This document shows, one piece after another, positions 1 through 8,048 of a stretch of 20,469 nucleotides of DNA. The stretch spans positions 1-20,469 of the forward strand of contig JBFWVI010000048.1 of NCBI GenBank assembly GCA_050246815.1, in the 5' to 3' direction. Position 1 is the first letter of the stretch; each line of letters starts with the position of its first letter. This stretch comes from Bdellovibrionales bacterium. GTDB lineage: Bacteria; Bdellovibrionota; Bdellovibrionia; Bdellovibrionales; UBA1609. The notes under the pieces were generated by a model, which worked only from the letters and a program-made list of their open reading frames with translations, was not told where the DNA came from and ran no database searches. A program made the translations under genes and the position numbers.

Positions 1-52
1 TAGCGATAAATTTAATCTTTTCGTCCATCATGCTGCACTCCTTCCATGGCAT
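1..52 (-). CDS. IS481-family transposase, N-terminal 17 aa (partial, runs off the window)
   Basis: Manual translation from ATG at 52 on the minus strand gives MPWKECSMMDEKIKFIA, matching the MPWKExxxMDERxxF start typical of IS481 transposases. A GGGG SD-like tract lies upstream. Not present in the ORF track. Confidence 0.85.
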   Translation of the reverse strand, partial: MPWKECSMMDEKIKFIA

Positions 53-126
53 AAGATCCCCCTTATGCCTGAAAAGTGTAACCCATGTGTCCGGAATGAA
101 ATGTTACCTATGTCTCAGGAAGGACA
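1..126 (-). mobile_element. Left end of an IS481-family insertion sequence (continues beyond the window start)
   Basis: The minus strand from 126 reads TGTCCTTCCTGAGACATAGGTAACA..., and IS481 ends begin with TGT. Two imperfect 20-bp repeats lie 25 bp apart (77-96 TGTAACCCATGTGTCCGGAA; 102-121 TGTTACCTATGTCTCAGGAA; 16/20 identical). A transposase-like start follows at 52. Confidence 0.85.
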
Positions 127-163
127 CCTACGCTCTTTGATCAAGAGCTAACATAATCCACGT

Positions 164-1132
164 CTATTTAGACGGCGCGGCTGGTGGCGTGAAGCTGGGC
201 ACCTTGCTTTTTGGCTGTGCCGACGCGGGCACAGAAAATTGAATAGGTCGCGAAAGGGCTTCCATGGAATTAAGGGCTCGATCATTTGCCCCTCGGCGTC
301 GCACTTTGCTGGTTTCTTTTGTCGGCGCTTTACTTTCAGCCGCGGCAGGTGTCGCAGACACGAGTTCGGGCTTGGGCACCTCGATCAAAGGACGACGACT
401 GTTGGTGTGCCTCATATAACATTCATTTACTGCCTTAACGCCCTCACTTTGCGAATCTCCGCGCGCCATGACACAATGACGAACCACGGACAAGCGATCG
501 AGCGGTATATCCAACAACTGCTCTGCACTTACATTGGTGCGCTTGTTGATCTCGACGACGTCGGAGGGATAGGCCATCTCACTGCTGCAAAATGCTTCTG
601 ACTTTTCGGCTTTCACCTTTAGTCTCAGCCCCATTTCACTCATGCACTGAGCAAAGCGAGTGCTACGCCCAACACAACGCGGGACTAGATCTAAACAGTT
701 GCCGCCGTAAGCTTCAAGCAACGACTTCATACAGCTTTGAAATACCGGCGAAGCGTCTTGCTGGCAGGCCTCATGAATTTTTTCATGTGGGCAGAGTTTC
801 TTGTAAACCGTTTCGTAACATTGGATCGGGGTGCCGATTGGACTCGTCAGTCCACGAAACAATTCTTCATGGTGAGGCGGTAAACCGTAGGCATTGGTGT
901 ACGAAGGATCCATTGAACGAAATCCGGTGTTGTCTACGGGACGATACTCCACGGGGGGCGCGTGCAAAATGATCGTATTGGCATTGGTCTGAGGATTAAA
1001 CTCGCGCGCGTCGCTTCGGCGCGGGCCGGTTGAAGCCTGAGGACTGGCACTGGCAACTGTGAGGCTGAAGGCGCTGCCAACTAAAGTTAAGCTTAAAATG
1101 AATAGTGCTAATCCTTCGCGCTTCACCGTCAT
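164..1132 (-). CDS. Exported Cys-rich hypothetical protein (~322 aa) with Pro/Ala/Lys-rich C-terminal tail
   Basis: Start moved to ATG 1132 (MTVKREGLALFILSL...) because a GGAGG SD lies just upstream and a signal peptide follows. The central region has 10 Cys and the tail is low complexity. Confidence 0.75.
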   Translation of the reverse strand: MTVKREGLALFILSLTLVGSAFSLTVASASPQASTGPRRSDAREFNPQTNANTIILHAPPVEYRPVDNTGFRSMDPSYTNAYGLPPHHEELFRGLTSPIGTPIQCYETVYKKLCPHEKIHEACQQDASPVFQSCMKSLLEAYGGNCLDLVPRCVGRSTRFAQCMSEMGLRLKVKAEKSEAFCSSEMAYPSDVVEINKRTNVSAEQLLDIPLDRLSVVRHCVMARGDSQSEGVKAVNECYMRHTNSRRPLIEVPKPELVSATPAAAESKAPTKETSKVRRRGANDRALNSMEALSRPIQFSVPASAQPKSKVPSFTPPAAPSK

Positions 1133-1380
1133 AAAGATGCCTCCATCAATTGATAGAACAAGCGGGTAACACACTTTTTGTTGTCTTCAAAAGCGCTATT
1201 TAACTCTGCGTGTAAAAGTTATTTATGAAGTAACATAAGTTACATATTTATAAGCCATTCTGACATTTTCTTTGGCCTTCCGCGGATCTGATGATATTTC
1301 GCCATCACTTAATTAAGGACTTAATTATTTTGCCCTTTTTAACTTTATAAAATGGCAAAAGAGGCTAAATCGGAGGCCAT

Positions 1381-2034
1381 ATGACCAAGAATAATGTTCT
1401 CAAAATGTACAAATTAAAGACGATTTTTGTTACGTTTTTATGCGTAGCTTCATTAGGTTTTATTTGGCTGCCCGCCTTTGCTGATTACAACGACAGTCTG
1501 CGCTCAAACGACATTGACTTGGTTCAGCCAGTGGCCCCACGCCCACAGCCTCCGGCTCCAGCTATGAGCCGCTCACAAGCCACATTTTCAACAGAACTGA
1601 CCCCCCGTTGCACCCCCAACGCCGCTGTTCGCGCCCAAGCCGTGCCAAACTCTGATTGCGTCCTTGAAATGGCCAGTGACATCGACAAACGTGGCAGCTG
1701 CACGATCGTCATCAAAAATAATCAGCCTGTGGCACTTCCCTTTTATGCCCAATCCGAGCTGAACCAACTGAATCTTAGCGGCGTAGCCGACAAAGAAAAA
1801 AGCCTGTTCAAGGAGACCCTAATGTCAAACGGGCAAAGACCGGTCATGCAGCCTTGCCCCAATATTCCGGGCCACGGTCTGCCGCAGATCGAACAAATGC
1901 ACATCAAAGTCAAATGCATAGACGGTCAGGTTTACCCAACCGACATGTACCGCATGACGGGCGCTATCTTAGTCGGCAATTGCGATGTTGACCCCACAAC
2001 CCGCAAACCCAAGCACGCTCGACCCCTACACTAA
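1381..2034 (+). CDS. Exported hypothetical protein (217 aa, 6 Cys in the mature part)
   Basis: GGAGG SD before the ATG. Signal peptide ends in AFA, followed by a Pro-rich linker. First gene of a co-directional cluster. Confidence 0.8.
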   Translation: MTKNNVLKMYKLKTIFVTFLCVASLGFIWLPAFADYNDSLRSNDIDLVQPVAPRPQPPAPAMSRSQATFSTELTPRCTPNAAVRAQAVPNSDCVLEMASDIDKRGSCTIVIKNNQPVALPFYAQSELNQLNLSGVADKEKSLFKETLMSNGQRPVMQPCPNIPGHGLPQIEQMHIKVKCIDGQVYPTDMYRMTGAILVGNCDVDPTTRKPKHARPLH

Positions 2035-2072
2035 AAAACGCAGACACCGAAACCGCAAAACAGGAGTCATTC

Positions 2073-3086
2073 ATGACAACTTGGAACAAAATGCTACTCA
2101 CCTGCAGCCTGATGCTGGTCGGAACTCAAGGCCACAGTCAAAGTCAGCACATGCAGTTTGAAGCCCCCACTTCTAAAATGACCGCTTATAAAGCCAATGA
2201 AGTCCCCAACCTAATCCCCTTGGATCAGCGCTGGCCCGAAGATGAGTGGATGATGCAATGCCAAGAGTTTCGCGAGGTCCTGGACGACGCCCTTGAGCAT
2301 GCCCGCAACACTCTGAATAATTCAAAAACCTTGGATCAAGCCGGTTACAAAGCGGCAGGCGATATCTTACACACCGCCCTCCTCGCGCTCGCGCAAGACA
2401 GTGCTCACCCCGAACGCCGCATGCATCCCGTGGCGAAAAGCTTGGCTCGTTTAGCTTTGACCGTGGACCGTGCTCTGGCACAAAATGTCCGCGAAAACGA
2501 AGACCTTTATCACACTCAAAGATACCAAAACTTTGAATCCATGGTCATTTTCACCTCAGCCCAAATCGAAAAATTCGATATGCAGGTTTACGGCGATCTT
2601 GCCCATCAAAACCAATTCGATTATCGCAAGGTCGAATTGGCTTTCTTAACCTTTGTCTCGGAACTGGTACAAAAGGTTTTGCTGCAAGAGACTCAGCTAA
2701 CCTATCCTGGCGCGGATGGCGCAAAACGCTCGGTCCCTTTGGGAAGCTACAGCACCTTCTTCACGCTGGTGCACACGATCACCGCCTACGGCAGCCGAGA
2801 ACTGACCCACAACCTTTATGGTGCGGCCAATGCCTGTGCGGTGCGTGATTTGCGTCAAGCCCACGCCTACGCCTCACGCTGGCTGCAAAACAACAGTGCG
2901 GGCATCCCCCAACATGATCGCAACATTTATGAAAAAACCGTGGAGGCCGTCGATAAAATCAAAGCCTTCTCAACCAAGCCCGAATGCCAATTCTATCGCG
3001 ACAACCGATGGAACTATCCCGCGAAATTGGCTTTATCCACCCCGACTTCAACCAGCCTAGCCTTGGCTAAAGGAGAAACACGATGA
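2073..3086 (+). CDS. Exported alpha-helical hypothetical protein (337 aa); putative paralog of 13173-14375 and 4016-4882
   Basis: AGGAG SD, signal peptide, and ATGA overlap with the next gene. Motifs REVLDDALEHAR, FDYRKVEL and VPLGS-x17-ELTHNLY are shared with the other two proteins. Confidence 0.85.
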   Translation: MTTWNKMLLTCSLMLVGTQGHSQSQHMQFEAPTSKMTAYKANEVPNLIPLDQRWPEDEWMMQCQEFREVLDDALEHARNTLNNSKTLDQAGYKAAGDILHTALLALAQDSAHPERRMHPVAKSLARLALTVDRALAQNVRENEDLYHTQRYQNFESMVIFTSAQIEKFDMQVYGDLAHQNQFDYRKVELAFLTFVSELVQKVLLQETQLTYPGADGAKRSVPLGSYSTFFTLVHTITAYGSRELTHNLYGAANACAVRDLRQAHAYASRWLQNNSAGIPQHDRNIYEKTVEAVDKIKAFSTKPECQFYRDNRWNYPAKLALSTPTSTSLALAKGETR

Positions 3087-4012
3087 AATCACCTTTGATG
3101 CTCACTTTGACTTTGGCTTTATGGGCGGGCCTAGCCCAAGCCCAAGATGTGATCCGTGAAGGCACCTATGACGGTGGAACCTCGTCGGACGGCGGCACCA
3201 CCACGGTCTTTATTAAAGCCGTGACCACCGAAATGCCGGGCCGACGCAATACCAACTACTTTGGCTTAATTGTCAGCCAAATGCCCTCGGGCGGGATGCT
3301 GGCAAAACCTTACAAAATCGAAGAGCGCGGCGGACGCCAAGCCTGGATTCCTTTGCATCAGGCCTGCACAACCGAAAACAGCCTTTGCCAATTCACCGGC
3401 TTCTTGTCGCTACCTGCAAAAATGGAGGCCTATTACACTGGCTTTCTGACCATGCAGGGTGATGTGGAAACCTTACGTCTGAACCCGGCGGCCCCCTATT
3501 CGCGCGAAAAAGAACAGGCTATGCCGGCCCCTTGCCAAGAGCATGACTTTGGCCGCCATGGTCTACGCCGCATCAGTAGCACGGCCGCGATCAATTGGTT
3601 TGATATCGCGGCCACACCCAATAGCACTTTCCGCTTCGTGCGCAATTGGGCAGACGCGAGCTACAGTGAAAGAGACGCCGCACGCCTGAGCGTCACTATG
3701 GGCTCGAGCGGTTCAGGGCGAACCCGGGGTTTTTATCTTGATTCCACAGTTCGCTATGGCGCTCAAAATGGCAATGCCATTTACGAATTACGACCTGGCA
3801 ACTACTCGATGAACCCCACAATGGCAGGTTTAGGCGAAGTGCGCATGCAACTGGATGATGCCAGCTCTCGCTCGGGCACAGCGGTGGCAGAGCCCATGAG
3901 CGCCGTGGGCATCTTGATGCGCAAATCCAATCGCAATTTTCTGCTGATGATGGATGCTCGTCCCGGATACGACAACTGCAACATGACGGCCATGGCCTTC
4001 GTTCAGGAGTAA
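3083..4012 (+). CDS. Exported, probably beta-rich hypothetical protein (309 aa)
   Basis: AAGGAG SD, ATGA coupling, and a signal peptide ending in AQA. Gly/Ser/Thr/aromatic alternating segments suggest beta structure; 4 Cys. Confidence 0.85.
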   Translation: MKSPLMLTLTLALWAGLAQAQDVIREGTYDGGTSSDGGTTTVFIKAVTTEMPGRRNTNYFGLIVSQMPSGGMLAKPYKIEERGGRQAWIPLHQACTTENSLCQFTGFLSLPAKMEAYYTGFLTMQGDVETLRLNPAAPYSREKEQAMPAPCQEHDFGRHGLRRISSTAAINWFDIAATPNSTFRFVRNWADASYSERDAARLSVTMGSSGSGRTRGFYLDSTVRYGAQNGNAIYELRPGNYSMNPTMAGLGEVRMQLDDASSRSGTAVAEPMSAVGILMRKSNRNFLLMMDARPGYDNCNMTAMAFVQE

Positions 4013-4015
4013 AAA

Positions 4016-4882
4016 ATGAAGACAATACTTCTTTTCACCACAATCCTTAGCTTACCCGCCCTGGCCGTTGAACAAGACTTCAGCTCCTTTGCCACGGGCG
4101 TAACCCCCAACCCGGCGGCCAGCGCCAATATCCCGGTGCCGGCGCCCGCGCGTTCGACCTCTTTAGAGGTGTTCACGCAAGGGCTGGTTCATAACCCCTT
4201 AACAGAGAGTCAAATTCGCGATCTGGAGCAATACTTAGACAGCTCCCGCGAAAAACTGGACAAGGCTTTACGTCAAGCCCGCGGCCGCACCTCCTTAGAG
4301 GCCATTGCTCTTTATGAAAAAGCGATTTTAGAAGTGGTCCCGACCTCAAACCGCCGCGCTGGTGCAGTGGAGTTGTTAATGCGCATGTCTTTAAACCAGG
4401 GTTTAGACCTGGTCACAGGCGTGCCCGGAGAATCACGCCAAGCCGCCCTGCGCTACTCGCAAAACACAGGCCTTAAAGCTCAAGTTTTAGAAGGCGCTAT
4501 TCGTTTGGCGATTAAATTCTTCATGGAGCCCAAAGGTCTTCGCGACGATGCTCTTTCGCGCCTGCCCTTTCGTGAACTGGGCTGGAACCGCCTGCATCAG
4601 ACTTTACGCTGGTGGGGTGGCATTGAAGATTCAGCTGTGGCTCTTGAATTTGTAGAGCGTTCACTGGGCCACTGGTTGGCCATCGCCGAAATGGCCAAAA
4701 ACGATGTGCCCCTGATGGCCCAAGAGATGGTGGATGTCAGCCGCATCTTGAATGCCTTCAAAAGCACGCGCAGCGAAATGGCCAATATGTCGGGCGCAGA
4801 ACTGGATGAAAAGCTGCGCGAATTGCGCGGCGATTTCACAGAACTGCTGCTCTCTTTACAACGCAAAGCCCAGGCCCGCTAA
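4016..4882 (+). CDS. Exported alpha-helical hypothetical protein (288 aa); distant relative of 2073-3086 and 13173-14375
   Basis: AGGAG SD within the end of the upstream gene, 3-bp gap, and a signal peptide ending in ALA. Rich in Leu/Glu/Arg. Carries motifs REKLDKALRQAR and LMRMSLNQGLDL. Confidence 0.85.
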   Translation: MKTILLFTTILSLPALAVEQDFSSFATGVTPNPAASANIPVPAPARSTSLEVFTQGLVHNPLTESQIRDLEQYLDSSREKLDKALRQARGRTSLEAIALYEKAILEVVPTSNRRAGAVELLMRMSLNQGLDLVTGVPGESRQAALRYSQNTGLKAQVLEGAIRLAIKFFMEPKGLRDDALSRLPFRELGWNRLHQTLRWWGGIEDSAVALEFVERSLGHWLAIAEMAKNDVPLMAQEMVDVSRILNAFKSTRSEMANMSGAELDEKLRELRGDFTELLLSLQRKAQAR

Positions 4883-4902
4883 GAGGGTCAAAAGGAGACT
4901 TT

Positions 4903-5187
4903 ATGAAAGCTTTTTTACTTCTTACCGGCCTTGGCCTGCCGATGATCGCGATCGCCAGCCCCACACCCGTGCCGACCCAACGAGTCGCAGCGCCAGCCAA
5001 TGAGTACAATGTGGTGAACGTGGAAGGCATGAAACGTCATGTCCAAGAGCCCCAGGTTCAGCGCAGTGGTGAGCGCTCCTATTACCAAGACGTCTACAAC
5101 TGCCCGCCCAAAGACAACTACCGTTGCCAGGTCAGCCCGACCACCACCAACGGCGGCGGCAGCGGCTGGGTTCAGCCTAACCGTTAA
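4903..5187 (+). CDS. Small exported hypothetical protein (94 aa)
   Basis: AAGGAG SD and a signal peptide (MKAFLLLTGLGLPMIAIA). One Cys pair; ends in GGGSGWVQPNR. Confidence 0.75.
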   Translation: MKAFLLLTGLGLPMIAIASPTPVPTQRVAAPANEYNVVNVEGMKRHVQEPQVQRSGERSYYQDVYNCPPKDNYRCQVSPTTTNGGGSGWVQPNR

Positions 5188-5203
5188 GCCCCTCAGCGTA
5201 ATC

Positions 5204-6406
5204 TTAAAGGCCCCATTGAATTGGGGCTTTGTTCTTTAGACGCCAGGGCACCTCTTGTCGCATAAATTGAACAGCCTCTTCGGGCGTGTGAACATCGGTG
5301 ATCCAGCCATCTAGGATTGAATCCGGCAAAGCTGCTTTTAATAGATCCACTAAATGAGAAACACAGTTACTTGAAAGATGGCGCCACTCACCGCGATAAA
5401 AGGCGAAGTCTTCAAAGATTTGGTAAAGCAATTGTGTTTTTTCAACTTCACTTAAAACTAACGTCCAACTTTCAACCCGACGTTTTTGTTCGCCGACATA
5501 GTGCTTAAGCTGGCTGTTTAAGTACGAAGGCATCATCATCGCCAAATGTTCGCCGCTTAGCCCGTCGATCAGCTTGCGCGTGAACTGCCCCTCGCTGTAC
5601 TGATGCCCATTAAAGTTGCCGTGGTAGTTAATGGCAACGGGCTCACCTGACTTTGGAACCAGTATCAGCATTAAATGTCCCCAGCGGGATAAAAAATCCT
5701 TTCCTGGACTGACCAAAGCGAGATGGATCTCTTGAATATCTTGAGCCCTGAACAAAATTTGCACGTCATTGTCTTTTTCTCGCAAAACTATGGGGATTTC
5801 TTGCTGTGCAAGACAATCAGAAGGCCGCTGATTGAAATGCTGATGCAAGTACCACGCAAGAGCCGGCCTATGGTTGCGCGGATCCTTGGCCCCTAGGCAA
5901 CCGTACTCCGGCTGAGTGGCAAAACGCTCCATGGCGTTTATAAACGCCATGCGACTAGACAGTCTATCCTCATCTAAGTAAACCCGTGATTGACGAGGCT
6001 CCACCCGGCCCGGTTGGCCATTTTCCCCTTCATAGTACAAATGGCTTTTCTGCTGCCAACGCTCACTCCAAATTCCTTTTTGAAAGTGTGTCAGCTTCAT
6101 AAATCGGCGATCATCCGACACAAAATAGCGGCGCCGATTCAAGTAATCACATTGTGCGTTTAAAATTGGGTCCCTGCGACCGTCGTCTTGGTGAATCAAC
6201 GCGCACTTTTGGCTGATGCTTACCTCTTGCGCGCTTAAATACGGACGCTGCTGGTCATAATCTTTGGCCAGGCTTCGCACTTCAGCAGGGTTTTTGTGTT
6301 GCCACCAAGTCGCAGGCCAAGCAAACGCGTTTGGGTTTGCGCAAAGAAGCAAACCCAACAGCGTCAAGACTGATGATGACGATTTATTCAGCTCGTGCAG
6401 GCGCAT
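5204..6406 (-). CDS. DUF4105 (Lnb N-terminal-like) domain protein, exported; putative Cys-His enzyme (~400 aa)
   Basis: The C-terminal half shows the DUF4105 pattern: SRWGHLML, INY, GLSG, Y...E.KR...L.LS..E, and YRGEWRHLSSNC...L. Start taken at ATG 6406 (MRLHELNK..., signal ending AFA), which overlaps the upstream stop by 23 bp. Confidence 0.75.
   Translation of the reverse strand: MRLHELNKSSSSVLTLLGLLLCANPNAFAWPATWWQHKNPAEVRSLAKDYDQQRPYLSAQEVSISQKCALIHQDDGRRDPILNAQCDYLNRRRYFVSDDRRFMKLTHFQKGIWSERWQQKSHLYYEGENGQPGRVEPRQSRVYLDEDRLSSRMAFINAMERFATQPEYGCLGAKDPRNHRPALAWYLHQHFNQRPSDCLAQQEIPIVLREKDNDVQILFRAQDIQEIHLALVSPGKDFLSRWGHLMLILVPKSGEPVAINYHGNFNGHQYSEGQFTRKLIDGLSGEHLAMMMPSYLNSQLKHYVGEQKRRVESWTLVLSEVEKTQLLYQIFEDFAFYRGEWRHLSSNCVSHLVDLLKAALPDSILDGWITDVHTPEEAVQFMRQEVPWRLKNKAPIQWGL
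5206..5237 (+). terminator. Putative intrinsic terminator of the 1381-5187 cluster, embedded in the 3' end of the convergent gene
   Basis: GCCCCA-TTGAAT-TGGGGC stem-loop followed by TTTGTTCTTT, about 20 bp after the 5187 stop. Confidence 0.55.
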
Positions 6407-8036
6407 CACAGTTAAAAGCCTTTGTGCGCGAATAAAGTTTCTCGATCTCGCCCCAACGCTGTTCGACCGGATCATGCGGATCGGGTGAAAGACGTTTATT
6501 GACTAAGCGAATCCACAACTGACGCAAGTCCATTCGCCGTGTGTCTTTGTATTTATCGGGCACTGGTTTCTTTTTGTAAATGACCGCCGTGTACTCAGGT
6601 GTCAGATAGTTAATGGGGCAAAACTTGTATAGTTCTTCATTGATGGGCCCATTTGGGGCGTTCAAGTCCAACTGCTTATTGTGTGGAAAGATATAATTTA
6701 TGGTGCTGCGAACAAGTGGATCCAAAGTCATTTTTTGCGCTTGAGACAATCCAGGATTGCGATCATCACCCCACCATTGACGATAGACCTCTTCAAAGAC
6801 CGCACGCATCTGCGAATCCCGCCCTGGGGTTGAATAAGCGTCCACCATATCGTGGCTCATGCAAGAGGCTCGGCCATTGGACTTTAACTTTGTTTCACGG
6901 GCTTCAAGCCCCTCAGAAACATTTTGCGCCCGATCTTTGGCGTAGCTACAGACGTTCCTAAGCATGCGTGCCAATCGATCCGGCACGGCCTCGACTGGGC
7001 CAACTCGCAGGATCTCATTGATCCGTCCGGCAAATTCGACAGCCGCCAGGCTTTGCAAAACTTTGCGTCGTGCAAAGGGCAAGATTTTTTTCTGCTCATC
7101 TAACGCCAGCTGATCATTTGGATTTACAGTTAAGCCCGCCTCTTTCATATTCTGCATCACCACATCCATGGTCAGGCTTTCTGCACCCTCCTTCACCCGT
7201 GGCTCAAGAGCGGTGAAAACATCGTTCAACAAACCGATTTGAGCGGCATCATCGCGTCCGCGTAGATCTTGATTGGTTTGCCGTTCTTTTGCGCCCATTG
7301 CAAAGTCTTGAGGCTGATAAAACCGACGAAAGCCAAGCCCCGCCAACTGCGGCTTATTTCGGATGTAAGTGATTGGGGCCTTTTCTGGCGCGCCATGTTT
7401 TTCAGCGAAAGGGCGTGGATACCCGGGCAATGATGCCCAGACAAAATGAATATTGCCAAAAGGCGAAACGTTTTTCACGATATGGGCGTGGCGAGATTCA
7501 GGCTCGTTGATGCTGAGCGCGCTATCTGACATGTAATTGAAGCGATAGACATCGCCCGAAGCAATTTTTTTGGGATTCACTAAGTAGGTGTTAAGACCAA
7601 TCGTCAAGGTCGAGCACTTTGCCACAATCACATTCATGTACGCGCGAAGGCGCTTCACATCGTCCTGAATTCCATCATAATAATCAGTCTCGCTCGAATA
7701 AAACAAAAGACTTCCATCCTCGGTGCGCTCGCCTGCGGTCCAGGCGAACGGCAAGCCCTTGGCGTGTGCAAAAATCAAACGCATTAAACAAAAGGCGTCG
7801 GCACAATCCACACGAATGCCGCGATAAGGATTTTCTTTTATGGCCTTAAAAGGATGACCCGCTTGATTGAAATAAGGATTGTCTGCACGCCAAAAGATAT
7901 CGCTCGGAAATTCGTCACGCACCCATTTTTGATATTCAATTTCGATTTCGTTGCCCCAAGTCCTAGTGCTCTGCCAAACTACGGCCTGAGCCGAAAACGT
8001 CGCCAGCATTAAAATAAAACAAGCAAGCATTCTCAT
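6384..8036 (-). CDS. Exported 550-aa protein with putative papain/NlpC-P60-like Cys-His core (DCAD...GD...H)
   Basis: AGGAG SD and a signal peptide ending in AQA. DCADA at the start of a predicted helix (7797-7808), then GDVY, then RHAHIVK (~7480-7495): the order seen in NlpC/P60-superfamily enzymes. The CDS is secure; the function is inferred. Confidence 0.7.
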   Translation of the reverse strand: MRMLACFILMLATFSAQAVVWQSTRTWGNEIEIEYQKWVRDEFPSDIFWRADNPYFNQAGHPFKAIKENPYRGIRVDCADAFCLMRLIFAHAKGLPFAWTAGERTEDGSLLFYSSETDYYDGIQDDVKRLRAYMNVIVAKCSTLTIGLNTYLVNPKKIASGDVYRFNYMSDSALSINEPESRHAHIVKNVSPFGNIHFVWASLPGYPRPFAEKHGAPEKAPITYIRNKPQLAGLGFRRFYQPQDFAMGAKERQTNQDLRGRDDAAQIGLLNDVFTALEPRVKEGAESLTMDVVMQNMKEAGLTVNPNDQLALDEQKKILPFARRKVLQSLAAVEFAGRINEILRVGPVEAVPDRLARMLRNVCSYAKDRAQNVSEGLEARETKLKSNGRASCMSHDMVDAYSTPGRDSQMRAVFEEVYRQWWGDDRNPGLSQAQKMTLDPLVRSTINYIFPHNKQLDLNAPNGPINEELYKFCPINYLTPEYTAVIYKKKPVPDKYKDTRRMDLRQLWIRLVNKRLSPDPHDPVEQRWGEIEKLYSRTKAFNCDAPARAE

Positions 8037-8048
8037 TGTGGAAGCTCC

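Noticed and set aside
77..121. Two 20-bp direct repeats as a possible CRISPR remnant
   Set aside because: Only two copies with a 5-bp gap and no cas genes; better explained as IS481 subterminal repeats.
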